DNA from: Azolla caroliniana
Lineage: Eukaryota > Plantae > Polypodiophyta
Assembly (NCBI GenBank): GCA_043228905.1
Contig: JBHGNT010000040.1
Location: 124,001-188,000 of the forward strand
Reading direction: 5' to 3'
DNA: 64,000 bases
Shown: positions 27,901-41,700 of the stretch, in pieces
How positions within the stretch are numbered: position 1 is the stretch's first letter
Layout of the letters: each line of letters starts with the position of its first letter
Program-made: the position numbers and the translations under genes
Notes under the pieces: model-generated
What the model saw: the letters and a program-made list of their open reading frames with translations, nothing else
Told to the model about the DNA's origin: nothing
Database searches by the model: none

Positions 27901-30900
27901 AAAATCCGATATCACACGAGCCAGGTATGACAACTTTAATTTACTCACCTGGTCTTCTCAACTCCCTCCTCAAATTTGGTAATTTCTTCATGTCTCTCGA
28001 CCTGAGTTTCAAAATCTTGATTTTCTAATTTCATATCATAGCTAGTGTTTTTAGCTTCGATTCGCATGATGGAACCCTAAATTCGGATATCACACGAGCC
28101 AGGTATGACAATTTTAATTTAGTCACGCTATCTTCTCAACTCCCTCGTCTGATTTACTAATTTCTTCATGTCTCTTGACCTGAGTTTCAAAATATGGATT
28201 TTCTAATTCCATATCATAGCTAGTGTTGTTAGCTTCGATTCGCATGTTTGAACACAACAATCCCATATCACACGAGCCAGGTACGAACATTTTAATTTAC
28301 TCACGCGCTCTTCTCAACTCCCTCCTCTAATTTGCTAATTTCTTCCTGTCTCTCGACCTGAGTTTCAAAATCTTGATTTTTTAATTCCATATCATAGCTA
28401 GTGTTGTTAGCTTCGATTCGCATGTTTGAACACAAAAATCGGATATCACACGAGCCAGGTATGAACATTTTAATTTACTCACGTGCTCTTCTCAACTCCC
28501 TCCTCTAATTTACTAATTTATTCATGTCTCGTGACCTGAGTTTCAAAATCTTGATTTTCTAATTCTATATTACAGCTAGTGTTGTTAGCTTCGATTCGCA
28601 TGTTTGAACACAACAATCCGATATCACACGAGCCAGGTATGACAATTTTAATTTACTCACGCAATCTTCTCCACTCCCTCCTCAAATTTGGTAATTTCTT
28701 CATGTCTCTCGACCTGAGTTTCAAAATCTTGATTTTCTAATTCCATATCATAGCTAGTGTTGTTAGCTTCGATTCGCATGTTTGAACACAAAAATCGGAT
28801 ATCACACGAGCCAGGTATGACAATTTTAATTTACTCACGCGATCTTCTCAACTCCCTCCTCTAATTTACTAATTTCTTCATGTCTCTTGACCTGAGTTTC
28901 AAAATCTGGATTTTCTAATTCCATATCATAGCTAGTGTTGTTAGCTTCGATTCGCATGTTTGAACACAACAATCCCATATCACACGAGCCAGGTACGAAC
29001 ATTTTAATTTACTCACGCGCTCTTCTCAACTCCCTCCTCTAATTTGCTAATTTCTTCCTGTCTCTCGACCTGAGTTTCAAAATCTTGATTTTTTAATTCC
29101 ATATCATAGCTAGTGTTGTTAGCTTCGATTCGCATGTTTGAACACAAAAATCGGATATCACACGAGCCAGGTAGGACAATTTTAATTTACTCACGCGATC
29201 TTCTCAACTCCCTCGTCTGATTTACTAATTTCTTCATGTCTATTGACCTGAGTTTCAAAATCTGGATTTTCTAATTCCATATCATAGCTAGTGTTGTTAG
29301 CTTCGATTCGCATCTTTGAACACTAAAATCCGATATCACACAAGCTAGGTATGACAATTTTAATTTACTCACCTGCTCTTCTCAACTCCCTCCTCAATTT
29401 TGCTAATTTCTTCCTGTCTCTCGACCTGAGTTTCAAAATCTTAATTTTTTAATTCCATATCATAGCTAGTGTTATTAGCTTCGATTCGCATGATGGAACA
29501 CTAAAATTGAATATCACACGAGCCAGGTATGACAATTTTAATTTACTCACGCGCTCTTCTCAACTCCCTCCTCTAATTTACTAATTTCTTCATGTCTCTC
29601 GACCTGAGTTTCAAAATCTTGATTTTTTAATTCCATATCATAGCTAGTGTTATTAGCTGCGATTCGCATGATTTGAACACTAAAATCCGATATCACACGA
29701 GCCAGTTATGAACATTTTAATTTACTCACGCGCTCTTCTCAACTCCCTCCTCAAATTTGGTAATTTCTTCATGTCTCTCGACCTGAGTTTTAAAATCTTG
29801 ATTTTCTAATTCCAAATCATAGCTAGTGTTGTTAGCTTCGATTCGCATCTTTGAACACTAAAATCCGATATCACACGAGCCAGGTATGACAACTTTAATT
29901 TACTCACGCGCTCTTCTCAACTCCCTCCTCAAATTTGGTAATTTCTTCATGTCTCTCGACCTGAGTTTCAAAATCTTGATTTTCTAATTCCATATCATAG
30001 CTAGTGTTGTTAGCTTCGATTCGCATGATGGAACCCTAAAATCGGATATCACACGAGCCAGGTATGAACATTTTAATTTACTCACGTGCTCTTCTCAACT
30101 CCCTCCTCTAATTTACTAATTTATTCATGTCTCGTGACCTGTGTTTCAAAATCTTGATTTTCTAATTCTATATTACAGCTAGTGTTGTTAGCTTCGATTC
30201 GCATGTTTGAACACAACAATCCGATATCACACGAGCCAGGTATGACAATTTTAATTTACTCACGCAATCTTCTCCACTCCCTCCTCAAATTTGGTAATTT
30301 CTTCATGTCTCTCGACCTGAGTTTCAAAATCTTGATTTTCTAATTCTATCTCATAGCTAGTGTTGTTAGCTTCTATTCGCATGTTTGAACACAAAAATCG
30401 GATATCACACGAGCCAGGTATGACAATTTTAATTTACTCACGCAATCTTCTCCACTCCCTCCGCAAATTTGGTAATTTCTTCATGTCTCTCAACCTGAAG
30501 TTTCAAAATCTTGATTTTTTAATTCCATATCATAGCTAGTGTTCTTAGCTGCGATTCGCATGATTTGAACACTAAAATCCGATATCACACGAGCCAGGTA
30601 GGAACATTTGAATTTACTCACGCGCTCTTCTCAACTCCCTCCTCTAATTTGCTAATTTCTTCATGTCTCTCGACCTGAGTGTCAAAATCTTGATATTTTA
30701 ATTCCATATCATAGCTAGTGTTTTTAGCTTCGATTCGCATGTTTGAACACTAAAATCCGATATCACACGAGCCAGGTATGACAACTTTCATTTACTCACG
30801 CGCTCTTCTCAACTCCCTCCTCTAATTTACTAATTTCTTCATGTCTCTTGACCTGAGTTTCAAAATCTTGATTTTCTAATTCCATATCATAGCTAGTGTT

Positions 30901-33293
30901 GTTAGCTTCGATTCGCATCTTTGAACACTAAAATCCGATATCACACGAGCCAGGTATGACAACTTTAATTTACTCACCTGCTCTTCTCAACTCCCTCCTC
31001 AAATTTGGTAATTTCTTCATGTCTCTCGACCTGAGTTTCAAAATCTTGATTTTCTAATTTCATATCATAGCTAGTGTTTTTAGCTTCGATTCGCATGATG
31101 GAACCCTAAATTCGGATATCACACGAGCCAGGTATGACAATTTTAATTTAGTCACGCTATCTTCTCAACTCCCTCGTCTGATTTACTAATTTCTTCATGT
31201 CTCTTGACCTGAGTTTCAAAATATGGATTTTCTAATTCCATATCATAGCTAGTGTTGTTAGCTTCGATTCGCATGTTTGAACACAACAATCCCATATCAC
31301 ACGAGCCAGGTACGAACATTTTAATTTACTCACGCGCTCTTCTCAACTCCCTCCTCTAATTTGCTAATTTCTTCCTGTCTCTCGACCTGAGTTTCAAAAT
31401 CTTGATTTTCTAATTCCATATCATAGCTAGTGTTGTTAGCTTCGATTCGCATGTTTGAACACAACAATCCCATATCACACGAGCCAGGTACGAACATTTT
31501 AATTTACTCACGCACTCTTCTCAACTCCCTCCTCTAATTTGCTAATTTCTTCCTGTCTCTCGACCTGAGTTTCAAAATCTTGATTTTTTAATTCCATATC
31601 ATAGCTAGTGTTGTTAGCTTCGATTCGCATGTTTGAACACAAAAATCGGATATCACACGAGCCAGGTATGAACATTTTAATTTACTCACGTGCTCTTCTC
31701 AACTCCCTCCTCTAATTTACTAATTTATTCATGTCTCGTGACCTGAGTTTCAAAATCTTGATTTTCTAATTCTATATTACAGCTAGTGTTGTTAGCTTTG
31801 ATTCGCATGTTTGAACACAACAATCCGATATCACACGAGCCAGGTATGACAATTTTAATTTACTCACGCAATCTTCTCCACTCCCTCCTCAAATTTGGTA
31901 ATTTCTTCATGTCTCTCGACCTGAGTTTCAAAATCTTGATTTTCTAATTCCATATCATAGCTAGTGTTGTTAGCTTCGATTCGCATGTTTGAACACAAAA
32001 ATCGGCTATCACACGAGCCAGGTATGACAATTTTAATTTACTCACGCGGTCTTCTAAACTCCCTCCTCTAATTTGCTAATTTCTTCATGTCTCTCGACCT
32101 GTGTTTCAAAATCTTGATTTTTTAATTCCATATCATAGCTAGTGTCGTTAGCTTCGATTCGCATGTTTGAACACTGAAATCCGATATCACTCGAGCCAGG
32201 TATGACAATTTTAATTTACTCACGCGCTCTTCTCAACTCCCTCCTCTAATTTACTAATTTCTTCATGTCTCTTGACCTGAGTTTCAAAATCTTGATTTTT
32301 TACTTCCATATCATAGCTAGTGTTATTAGCTTCGATTCGCATGATGGAACACTAAAATCGGATATCACACGAGCCAGTTATGAACATTTTAATTTACTCA
32401 CGCGCTCTTCTCAACTCCCTCCTCTAATTTACTAATTTCTTCATGTCTCTCGACCTGAGTTTCAAAATCTGGATTTTCTAATTCCATATCATAGCTAGTG
32501 TTATTAGCTTCGATTCGCATGATTTGAACACTAAAATCCGATATCACACGAGCCAGTTATGAACATTTTAATTTACTCACGCGCTATTCTCAACTCCCTC
32601 CTCAAATTTGGTAATTTCTTCATGTCTCTCGACCTGAGTTTCAAAATCTTGATTTTCTAATTCCATCTCATAGCTAGTGTTGTTAGCTTCTATTCGCATG
32701 TTTGAACACAAAAATCGGATATCACACGAGCCAGGTATGACAATTTTAATTTACTCACGCAATCTTCTCCAATCCCTCCGCAAATTTGGTAATTTCTTCA
32801 TGTCTCTCGACCTGAAGTTTCAAAATCTTGATTTTTTAATTCCATATCATAGCTAGTGTTCTTAGCTGCGATTCGCATGATTTGAACACTAAAATCCGAT
32901 ATCACACGAGCCAGGTAGGAACATTTGAATTTACTCACGCGCTCTTCTCAACTCCCTCCTCTAATTTGCTAATTTCTTCATGTCTCTCGACCTGAGTGTC
33001 AAAATCTTGATATTTTAATTCCATATCATAGCTAGTGTTTTTAGCTTCGATTCGCATGTTTGAACACTAAAATCCGATATCACACGAGCCAGGTATGACA
33101 ACTTTAATTTACTCACGCGCTCTTCTCAACTCCTTCCTCTAATTTACTAATTTCATCATGTCTCTCGACCTGAGTTTCAAAATCTTGATTTTCTAATTCC
33201 ATATCATAGCTAGTGTCGTTAGCTTCGATTCGCATCTTTGAACACTAAAATCCGATATCACACGAGCCAGGTATGACAACTTTAATTTACTCA
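18998..33293 (+). repeat. ~6.45-kb block duplication at 7842-bp (44-monomer) offset: ~18998-25451 matches ~26840-33293
   Basis: Identical ORF-track entries at 19568/27410; the TCAACCTGAAG variant (ACCT at 22651/30493); CAAAATCTTGATATT at 19099/26941; all offsets are 7842. Confidence 0.93.
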
Positions 33294-33559
33294 CGCGCTA
33301 TTCTCAACTCCCTCCTCAAATTTGGTAATTTCTTCATGTCTCTCGACCTGAGTTTCAAAATCTTGATTTTCTAATTCCATCTCATAGCTAGTGTTGTTAG
33401 CTTCTATTCGCATGTTTGAACACAAAAATCGGATATCACACGAGCCAGGTATGACAATTTTAATTTACTCACGCAATCTTCTCCACTCCCTCCTCAAATT
33501 TGGTAATTTCTTCATGTCTCTCGACCTGAGTTTCAAAATCTTGATATTTTAATTCCATA

Positions 33560-36500
33560 TCATAGCTAGTGTTGTTAGCTTCGATTCGCATGTTTGAACA
33601 CTAAAATCAGATATCACTCGAGCCAGGTAGGAACATTTGAATTTACTCACGCGCTCTTCTCAACTCCCTCCTCTAATTTGCTAATTTCTTCATGTCTCTC
33701 GACCTGAGTGTCAAAATCTTGATATTTTAATTCCATATCATAGCTAGTGTTGTTAGTTTCGATTCGCATCTTTGAACACTGAAATCCGATATCACTCGAG
33801 CCAGGTATGACAATTTTAATTTACTCACGCGCTATTCTCAACTCCCTCCTCTAATTTGCTAATTTCTTCATGTCTCTCGACCTGAGTGTCAAAATCTTGA
33901 TATTTTAATTCCATATCATAGCTAGTGTTGTTAGTTTCGATTCGCATCTTTGAACACTGAAATCCGATATCACTCGAGCCAAGTATGACAATTTTAATTT
34001 ACTGACGCGCTCTTCTCAACTCCCTCCTCTAATTTACTAATTTCTTCATGTCTCTCGACCTGAGTTTCAAAATCTTGATTTTTTAATTCCATATCATAGC
34101 TAGTGTTATTAGCTTCGATTCGCATGATTTGAACACTAAAATCCGATATCACACGAGCCAGTTATGAACATTTTAATTTACTCACGCGCTATTCTCAACT
34201 CCCTCCTCAAATTTGGTAATTTCTTCATGTCTCTCGACCTGAGTTTCAAAATCTTGATTTTTTAATTCCATATCATAGCTAGTGTTGTTAGCTTCGATTC
34301 GCATCTTTGAACACAGAAATCGGACATCACACGAGGCAGGTATGACAATTTTAATTTACTCAGGCGATCTTCTCAACTCCCTCCTCTGATTTACTAATTT
34401 CATCATGTCTCTCGACCTGAGTTTCACAATCTTGATTTTCTAATTCCATATCATAGCTAGTGTTGTTAGCTTCGATTCGCATGTTTAAACACTAAAATCA
34501 GATATCACTCGAGCCAGGTATGACAATTTTAATTTACTCACGCGCTCTTCTCAACTCCCTCCTCTAATTTACTAATTTCTTCATGTCTCTCGACCTGAGT
34601 TTCAAAATCTTGATTTTTTAATTCCATATCATAGCTAGTGTTATTAGCTGCGATTCGCATGATTTGAACACTAAAATCCGATATCACACGAACCAGTTAT
34701 GAACATTTTAATTTACTCACGCGCTCTTCTCAACTCCCTCCTCAAATTTGGTAATTTCTTCATGTCTCTCGACCTGAGTTTCAAAATCTTGATTTTCTAA
34801 TTCCAAATCATAGCTAGTGTTGTTAGCTTCGATTCGCATATTTGAACACTAAATTCCGATATCACACAAGCTAGGTATGACAATTTTAATTTACTCACGC
34901 GCTCTTCTCAACTCCCTCCTCTAATTTACTAATTTCTTCATGTCTCTCGACCTGAGTTTCAAAATCTTGATTTTTTAATTCCATATCATAGCTAGTGTTA
35001 TTAGCTGCGATTCGCATGATTTGAACACTAAAATGAGATATCACTCGAGCCAGGTAGGAACATTTGAATTTACTCACGCGCTCTTCTCAACTCCCTCCTC
35101 TAATTTGCTAATTTCTTCATGTCTCTCGACCTGAGTGTCAAAATCTTGATATTTTAATTCCATATCATAGCTAGTGTTGTTAGTTTCGATTCGCATCTTT
35201 GAACACTGAAATCCGATATCACTCGAGCCAGGTATGACAATTTTAATTTACTCACGCGCTATTCTCAACTCCCTCCTCAAATTTGGTAATTTCATCATGT
35301 CTCTCGACCTGAGTTTCAAAATCTTGATTTTTTAATTCCAAATCATAGCTAGTGTTGTTAGCTTCGATTCGCATGTTTGAACACTAAAATCAGATATCAC
35401 TCGAGCCAAGTATGACAATTTTAATTTACTGACGCGCTCTTCTCAACTCCCTCCTCTAATTTACTAATTTCTTCATGTCTCTCGACCTGAGTTTCAAAAT
35501 CTTGATTTTTTAATTCCATATCATAGCTAGTGTTATTAGCTGCGATTCGCATGATTTGAACACTAAAATCCGATATCACACGAGCCAGTTATGAACATTT
35601 TAATTTACTCACGCGCTCTTCTCAACTCCCTCCTCAAATTTGGTAATTTCTTCATGTCTCTTGACCTGAGTTTCAAAATCTTGATTTTCTAATTCCAAAT
35701 CATAGCTAGTGTTGTTAGCTTCGATTCGCATGTTTGAACACTAAATTCCGATATCACACAAGCTAGGTATGACAATTTTAATTTACTCACGCGCTCTTCT
35801 CAACTCCCTCCTCTAATTTACTAATTTCTTCATGTCTCTCGACCTGAGTTTCAAAATCTTGATTTTTTAATTCCATATCATAGCTAGTGTTATTAGCTTC
35901 GATTCGCATGATTTGAACACTAAAATCCGATATCACACGAGCCAGTTATGAACATTTTAATTTACTCACGCGCTATTCTCAACTCCCTCCTCAAATTTGG
36001 TAATTTCTTCATGTCTCTCGACCTGAGTTTCAAAATCTTGATTTTTTAATTCCTTATCATAGCTAGTGTTGTTAGCTTCGATTCGCATCTTTGAACACAG
36101 AAATCGGACATCACACGAGGCAGGTATGACAATTTGAATTTACTCAGGCGATCTTCTCAACTCCCTCCTCTGATTTACTAATTTCATCATGTCTCTCGAC
36201 CTGAGTTTCACAATCTTGATTTTCTAATTCCATATCATAGCTAGTGTTGTTAGCTTCGATTCGCATGTTTAAACACTAAAATCAGATATCACTCGAGCCA
36301 GGTATGACAATTTTAATTTACTCACGCGCTCTTCTCAACTCCCTCCTCTAATTTACTAATTTCTTCATGTCTCTCGACCTGAGTTTCAAAATCTTGATTT
36401 TTTAATTCCATATCATAGCTAGTGTTATTAGCTGCGATTCGCATGATTTGAACACTAAAATCCGATATCACACGAGCCAGTTATGAACATTTTAATTTAC

Positions 36501-38692
36501 TCACGCGCTCTTCTCAACTCCCTCCTCAAATTTGGTAATTTCTTCATGTCTCTCGACCTGAGTTTTAAAATCTTGATTTTCTAATTCCAAATCATAGCTA
36601 GTGTTGTTAGCTTCGATTCGCATGTTTGAACACTAAAATCAGATATCACTCGAGCCAGGTAGGAACATTTGAATTTACTCACGCGTTCTTCTCAACTCCC
36701 TCCTCTAATTTGCTAATTTCTTCATGTCTCTCGACCTGAGTGTCAAAATCTTGATATTTTAATTCCATATCATAGCTAGTGTTGTTAGTTTCGATTCGCA
36801 TCTTTGAACACTGAAATCCGATATCACTCGAGCCAGGTATGACAATTTTAATTTACTCACGCGCTATTCTCAACTCCCTCCTCTAATTTGCTAATTTCTT
36901 CATGTCTCTCGACCTAAGTGTCAAAATCTTGATATTTTAATTCCATATCATAGCTAGTGTTGTTAGTTTCGATTCGCATCTTTGAACACTGAAATCCGAT
37001 ATCACTCGAGCCAAGTATGACAATTTTAATTTACTGACGCGCTCTTCTCAACTCCCTCCTCTAATTTACTAATTTCTTCATGTCTCTCGACCTGAGTTTC
37101 AAAATCTTGATTTTTTAATTCCATATCATAGCTAGTGTTATTAGCTTCGATTCGCATGATTTGAACACTAAAATCCGATATCACACGAGCCAGTTATGAA
37201 CATTTTAATTTACTCACGCGCTATTCTCAACTCCCTCCTCAAATTTGGTAATTTCTTCATGTCTCTCGACCTGAGTTTCAAAATCTTGATTTTTTAATTC
37301 CATATCATAGCTAGTGTTGTTAGCTTCGATTCGCATCTTTGAACACAGAAATCGGACATCACACGAGGCAGGTATGACAATTTCAATTTACTCAGGCGAT
37401 CTTCTCAACTCCCTCCTCTGATTTACTAATTTCATCATGTCTCTCGACCTGAGTTTCACAATCTTGATTTTCTAATTCCATATCATAGCTAGTGTTGTTA
37501 GCTTCGATTCGCATGTTTAAACACTAAAATCAGATATCACTCGAGCCAGGTATGACAATTTTAATTTACTCACGCGCTCTTCTCAACTCCCTCCTCTAAT
37601 TTACTAATTTCTTCATGTCTCTCGACCTGAGTTTCAAAATCTTGATTTTTTAATTCCATATCATAGCTAGTGTTATTAGCTGCGATTCGCATGATTTGAA
37701 CACTAAAATCCGATATCACACGAACCAGTTATGAACATTTTAATTTACTCACGCGCTCTTCTCAACTCCCTCCTCAAATTTGGTAATTTCTTCATGTCTC
37801 TCGACCTGAGTTTCAAAATCTTGATTTTCTAATTCCAAATCATAGCTAGTGTTGTTAGCTTCGATTCGCATGTTTGAACACTAAATTCCGATATCACACA
37901 AGCTAGGTATGACAATTTTAATTTACTCACGCGCTCTTCTCAACTCCCTTCTCTAATTTACTAATTTCTTCATGTCTCTCGACCTGAGTTTCAAAATCTT
38001 GATTTTTTAATTCCATATCATAGCTAGTGTTATTAGCTGCGATTCGCATGATTTGAACACTAAAATGAGATATCACTCGAGCCAGGTAGGAACATTTGAA
38101 TTTACTCACGCGCTCTTCTCAACTCCCTCCTCTAATTTGCTAATTTCTTCATGTCTCTCGACCTGAGTGTCAAAATCTTGATATTTTAATTCCATATCAT
38201 AGCTAGTGTTGTTAGTTTCGATTCGCATCTTTGAACACTGAAATCCGATATCACTCGAGCCAGGTATGACAATTTTAATTTACTCACGCGCTATTCTCAA
38301 CTCCCTCCTCAAATTTGGTAATTTCATCATGTCTCTCGACCTGAGTTTCAAAATCTTGATTTTTTAATTCCAAATCATAGCTAGTGTTGTTAGCTTCGAT
38401 TCGCATGTTTGAACACTAAAATCAGATATCACTCGAGCCAAGTATGACAATTTTAATTTACTGACGCGCTCTTCTCAACTCCCTCCTCTAATTTACTAAT
38501 TTCTTCATGTCTCTCGACCTGAGTTTCAAAATCTTGATTTTTTAATTCCATATCATAGGTAGTGTTATTAGCTGCGATTCGCATGATTTGAACACTAAAA
38601 TCCGATATCACACGAGCCAGTTATGAACATTTTAATTTACTCACGCGCTCTTCTCAACTCCCTCCTCAAATTTGGTAATTTCTTCATGTCTC
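33560..38692 (+). repeat. ~2.1-kb block duplication at 3032-bp (17-monomer) offset: ~33560-35660 matches ~36592-38692
   Basis: AACCAGTT at 34691/37723 and ORF-track entries at 34895/37927 (AAAATGAGATA variant); offset 3032. Confidence 0.88.
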
Positions 38693-38794
38693 TCGACCTG
38701 AAGTTTCAAAATCTTGATTTTTTAATTCCATATCATAGCTAGTGTTCTTAGCTGCGATTCGCATGATTTGAACACTAAAATCCGATATCACACG

Positions 38795-41700
38795 AGCCAG
38801 GTAGGAACATTTGAATTTACTCACGCGCTCTTCTCAACTCCCTCCTCTAATTTGCTAATTTCTTCATGTCTCTCGACCTGAGTGTCAAAATTTTGATATT
38901 TTAATTCCATATCATAGCTAGTGTTTTTAGCTTCGATTCGCATGTTTGAACACTAAAATCCGATATCACACGAGCCAGGTATGACAACTTTAATTTACTC
39001 ACGCGCTCTTCTCAACTCCTTCCTCTAATTTACTAATTTCATCATGTCTCTCGACCTGAGTTTCAAAATCTTGATTTTCTAATTCCATATCATAGCTAGT
39101 GTCGTTAGCTTCGATTCGCATCTTTGAACACTAAAATCCGATATCACACGAGCCAGGTATGACAACTTTAATTTACTCACACGCTCTTCTCAACTCCCTC
39201 CTCAAATTTGGTAATTCCTTCATGTCTCTCGACCTGAGTTTCAAAATCTTGATTTTCTAATTCCAAATCATAGCTAGTGTTGTTAGCTTCGATTCGCATG
39301 TTTGAACACTAAATTCGGATATCACACAAGCTAGGTATGACAATTTTAATTTACTCACGCGCTCTTCTCAACTCCCTCCTCAAATTTGGTAATTTCTTCA
39401 TGTCTCTCGACCTGAGTTTCAAAATCTTGATTTTTTAATTCCATATCATAGCTAGTGTTATTAGCTGCGATTCGCATGATTTGAACACTAAAATCCGATA
39501 TCACACGAGCCAGTTATGAACATTTTAATTTACTCACGCGCTATTCTCAACTCCCTCCTCAAATTTGGTAATTTCTTCATGTCTCTCGACCTGAGTTTCA
39601 AAATCTTGATTTTCTAATTCCAAATCATAGCTAGTGTTGTTAGCTTCGATTCGCATGTTTGAACACTAAATTCAGATATCACTCGAGCCAAGTATGACAA
39701 TTTTAATTTACTCACGCGCTCTTCTCAACTCCCTCCTCTAATTTACTAATTTCTTCATGTCTCTCGACCTGAGTTTCAAAATCTTGATTTTTTAATTCCA
39801 TATCATAGCTAGTGTTATTAGCTGCGATTCGCATGATTTGAACACTAAAATCCGATATCACACGAGCCAGTTATGAACATTTTAATTTACTCACGCGCTA
39901 TTCTCAACTCCCTCCTCAAATTTGGTAATTTCTTCATGTCTCTCGACCTGAGTTTCAAAATCTTGATTTTCTAATTCCAAATCATAGCTAGTGTCGTTAG
40001 CTTCGATTCGCATGTTTGAACACTGAAATCCGATATCACTCGAGCCAGGTATGACAATTTTAATTTACTCACGCGCTCTTCTCAACTCCCTCCTCTAATT
40101 TACTAATTTCTTCATGTCTCTTGACCTGAGTTTCAAAATCTTGATTTTTTAATTCCATATCATAGCTAGTGTTATTAGCTTCGATTCGCATGATGGAACA
40201 CTAAAATCGGATATCACACGAGCCAGTTATGAACATTTTAATTTACTCACGCGCTCTTCTCAACTCCCTCCTCTAATTTACTAATTTCTTCATGTCTCTC
40301 GACCTGAGTTTCAAAATCTGGATTTTCTAATTCCATATCATAGCTAGTGTTATTAGCTTCGATTCGCATGATTTGAACACTAAAATCCGATATCACACGA
40401 GCCAGTTATGAACATTTTAATTTACTCACGCGCTATTCTCAACTCCCTCCTCAAATTTGGTAATTTCTTCATGTCTCTCGACCTGAGTTTCAAAATCTTG
40501 ATTTTCTAATTCCATCTCATAGCTAGTGTTGTTAGCTTCTATTCGCATGTTTGAACACAAAAATCGGATATCACACGAGCCAGGTATGACAATTTTAATT
40601 TACTCACGCAATCTTCTCCAATCCCTCCGCAAATTTGGTAATTTCTTCATGTCTCTCGACCTGAAGTTTCAAAATCTTGATTTTTTAATTCCATATCATA
40701 GCTAGTGTTCTTAGCTGCGATTCGCATGATTTGAACACTAAAATCCGATATCACACGAGCCAGGTAGGAACATTTGAATTTACTCACGCGCTCTTCTCAA
40801 CTCCCTCCTCTAATTTGCTAATTTCTTCATGTCTCTCGACCTGAGTGTCAAAATCTTGATATTTTAATTCCATATCATAGCTAGTGTTTTTAGCTTCGAT
40901 TCGCATGTTTGAACACTAAAATCCGATATCACACGAGCCAGGTATGACAACTTTAATTTACTCACGCGCTCTTCTCAACTCCCTCCTCTAATTTACTAAT
41001 TTCTTCATGTCTCTCGACCTGAGTTTCAAAATCTTGATTTTCTAATTCCATGTCATAGCTAGTGTTGTTAGCTTCGATTCGCATCTTTGAACACTAAAAT
41101 CCGATATCACACGAGCCAGGTATGACAACTTTAATTTACTCACACGCTCTTCTCAACTCCCTCCTCAAATTTGGTAATTCCTTCATGTCTCTCGACCTGA
41201 GTTTCAAAATCTTGATTTTCTAATTCCAAATCATAGCTAGTGTTGTTAGCTTCGATTCGCATGTTTGAACACTAAATTCGGATATCACACAAGCTAGGTA
41301 TGACAATTTTAATTTACTCACGCGCTCTTCTCAACTCCCTCCTCAAATTTGGTTATTTCTTCATGTCTCTCGACCTGAGTTTCAAAATCTTGATTTTTTA
41401 ATTCCATATCATAGCTAGTGTTATTAGCTGCGATTCGCATGATTTGAACACTAAAATCCGATATCACACGAGCCAGTTATGAACATTTTAATTTACTCAC
41501 GCGCTATTCTCAACTCCCTCCTCACATTTGGTAATTTCTTCATGTCTCTCGACCTGAGTTTCAAAATCTTGATTTTCTAATTCCAAATCATAGCTAGTGT
41601 TGTTAGCTTCGATTCGCATGTTTGAACACTAAAATCAGATATCACTCGAGCCAAGTATGACAATTTTAATTTACTGACGCGCTCTTCTCAACTCCCTCCT

